Assembly (NCBI GenBank): GCA_944320015.1
Contig: CALUFO010000005.1
Span: 1-24,000 of the forward strand
DNA: 24,000 bases
Direction: 5' to 3'
Source: an uncultured Barnesiella sp.
GTDB lineage: Bacteria; Bacteroidota; Bacteroidia; Bacteroidales; Barnesiellaceae
Part shown: positions 23,376 to 24,000 of the stretch, piece after piece
Layout: each line of letters opens with the position of its first letter
Numbering within the stretch: the first letter of the stretch is position 1
Made by a program: the position numbers and the translations under genes
Notes under the pieces: generated by a model
The model's database searches: none
What the model was told of the DNA's origin: nothing
The model's input: only the letters and a program-made list of their open reading frames with translations

Positions 23376-23664
23376 ATACTGTTCCTCCTTGTGATTATAT
23401 GATTTCTACTTTCGACCCGGATCGTGCGTCGAAATTTCTCTGTAATTCCACTCTCCCCGAGGCATCGACCCGCAACGATCCGCCACTTTGCACGGTTCCA
23501 CCGATAAAAAACACATTGCCTTGGCTTTTGAAATGAATTATCAATTTTGTTTTTTATAGTAATAAATATAATTATTTATTGTAAGAAAGTAAGATAATAA
23601 AATGCAATTATTCTTAAAAGAGGATATTGTGCATTTAGAAGATGTGATTGTAGAGTTTATTCTT

Positions 23665-23725
23665 CTCCTGCGACACTCCCCCTATATTTCCCTTACGGGA
23701 ACACAGAGGGAGAGTTTAAAAGCTC
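23665..23725 (-). repeat. Reverse hairpin unit (GUAA subtype)
   Basis: Core at 23676-23714. The stretch 23674-23722 is identical over 49 bp to 22228-22276. Confidence 0.85.
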
Positions 23726-23770
23726 TTACGGTAAGACAATTTTCCATTGCCCTTTCCCCCGCCCGGAAAT

Positions 23771-23802
23771 AAAAAACGGAATCCGTTTACACAGACTCCG
23801 TT
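23771..23802 (-). terminator. Possible intrinsic terminator of efp
   Basis: The minus strand reads AACGGA...UCCGUU (plus-strand 23797-23802 / 23775-23780), or the tighter AAACGG-AUU-CCGUUU, followed by UUUAUUU. About 25 nt after the efp stop. The stem is weak. Confidence 0.4.
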
Positions 23803-23826
23803 TTTGCATATTGTTAATCTTGTTCT

Positions 23827-24000
23827 TTATTTGGCTCGTTCGATATAAGAACCGTCGCGGGTATCGACCACGATCTTCTCGCCCGTCTCGATAAAGAGAG
23901 GCACACGCACCGTAGCCCCGGTCTCGACCGTAGCGGGTTTCGTCGTGTTGGTGGCGGTATCGCCTTTCAACCCCGGCTCGGTATAGGTAACTTCCAACTG
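23827..24000 (-). CDS. efp: Elongation factor P, C-terminal 57 codons (gene continues beyond the window)
   Basis: My translation of the minus strand: [57 protein letters not shown]. It matches the conserved EF-P domain III sequence (EPG.KGDTA....KPA..ETGA.V.VP.F...GE.I.VDTR.G.Y..R). TAA at 23827-23829. Confidence 0.9.
   Translation of the reverse strand, partial: QLEVTYTEPGLKGDTATNTTKPATVETGATVRVPLFIETGEKIVVDTRDGSYIERAK

Noticed and set aside
23602-23772. 56-aa plus-strand ORF (MQLFLKEDIVHLEDV...) upstream of the efp terminator
   Set aside because: Over half of it is the translation of a reverse hairpin unit (…RHSPYISLTGTQRESLK…). It has no promoter motif and no recognisable domain.

Overview
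Chromosomal window that looks Bacteroidales-type, inferred from PorU/PorV type IX secretion (T9SS) genes, TAnnTTTG -7 promoter boxes and A-rich start contexts without Shine-Dalgarno motifs. Genes left to right: tRNA-Pro(CGG); an AraC-family regulator; rplU-rpmA; a 55-aa 2x[4Fe-4S] ferredoxin below the ORF-track cutoff; an AT-rich DUF559/Vsr-like endonuclease gene; a 716-aa T9SS cargo protein; a tightly packed minus-strand string rex, FAH-family hydrolase, porU, porV, ispF; an AT-rich islet with an orphan XRE/HigA-like regulator, a small lipoprotein and a disrupted lipocalin-like lipoprotein gene; a second full-length porU paralogue; radC and a GT2 glycosyltransferase; a 329-aa T9SS cargo protein; the 3' end of efp. 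The unusual part is non-coding, and roughly one seventh of the window is repeat DNA. (i) A modular ~70-bp stem-loop element has 19 recognisable hairpin cores in both orientations, with covarying apical stems and strand-asymmetric G:U pairs, and fills almost every long intergenic gap. (ii) A 213-bp mosaic of these modules is perfectly triplicated in tandem, and a fourth copy lies on the other side of the DUF559 gene. (iii) A ~208-bp GC-rich element is present as a ~95 percent identical inverted pair enclosing 12.66 kb that carries both porU genes, with two shorter relatives elsewhere. I saw no transposase, integrase, cas gene, CRISPR array or rRNA. A functional link between the DUF559 nuclease and the hairpin family is a hypothesis only. 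All identities are by-eye estimates and no database search was possible.
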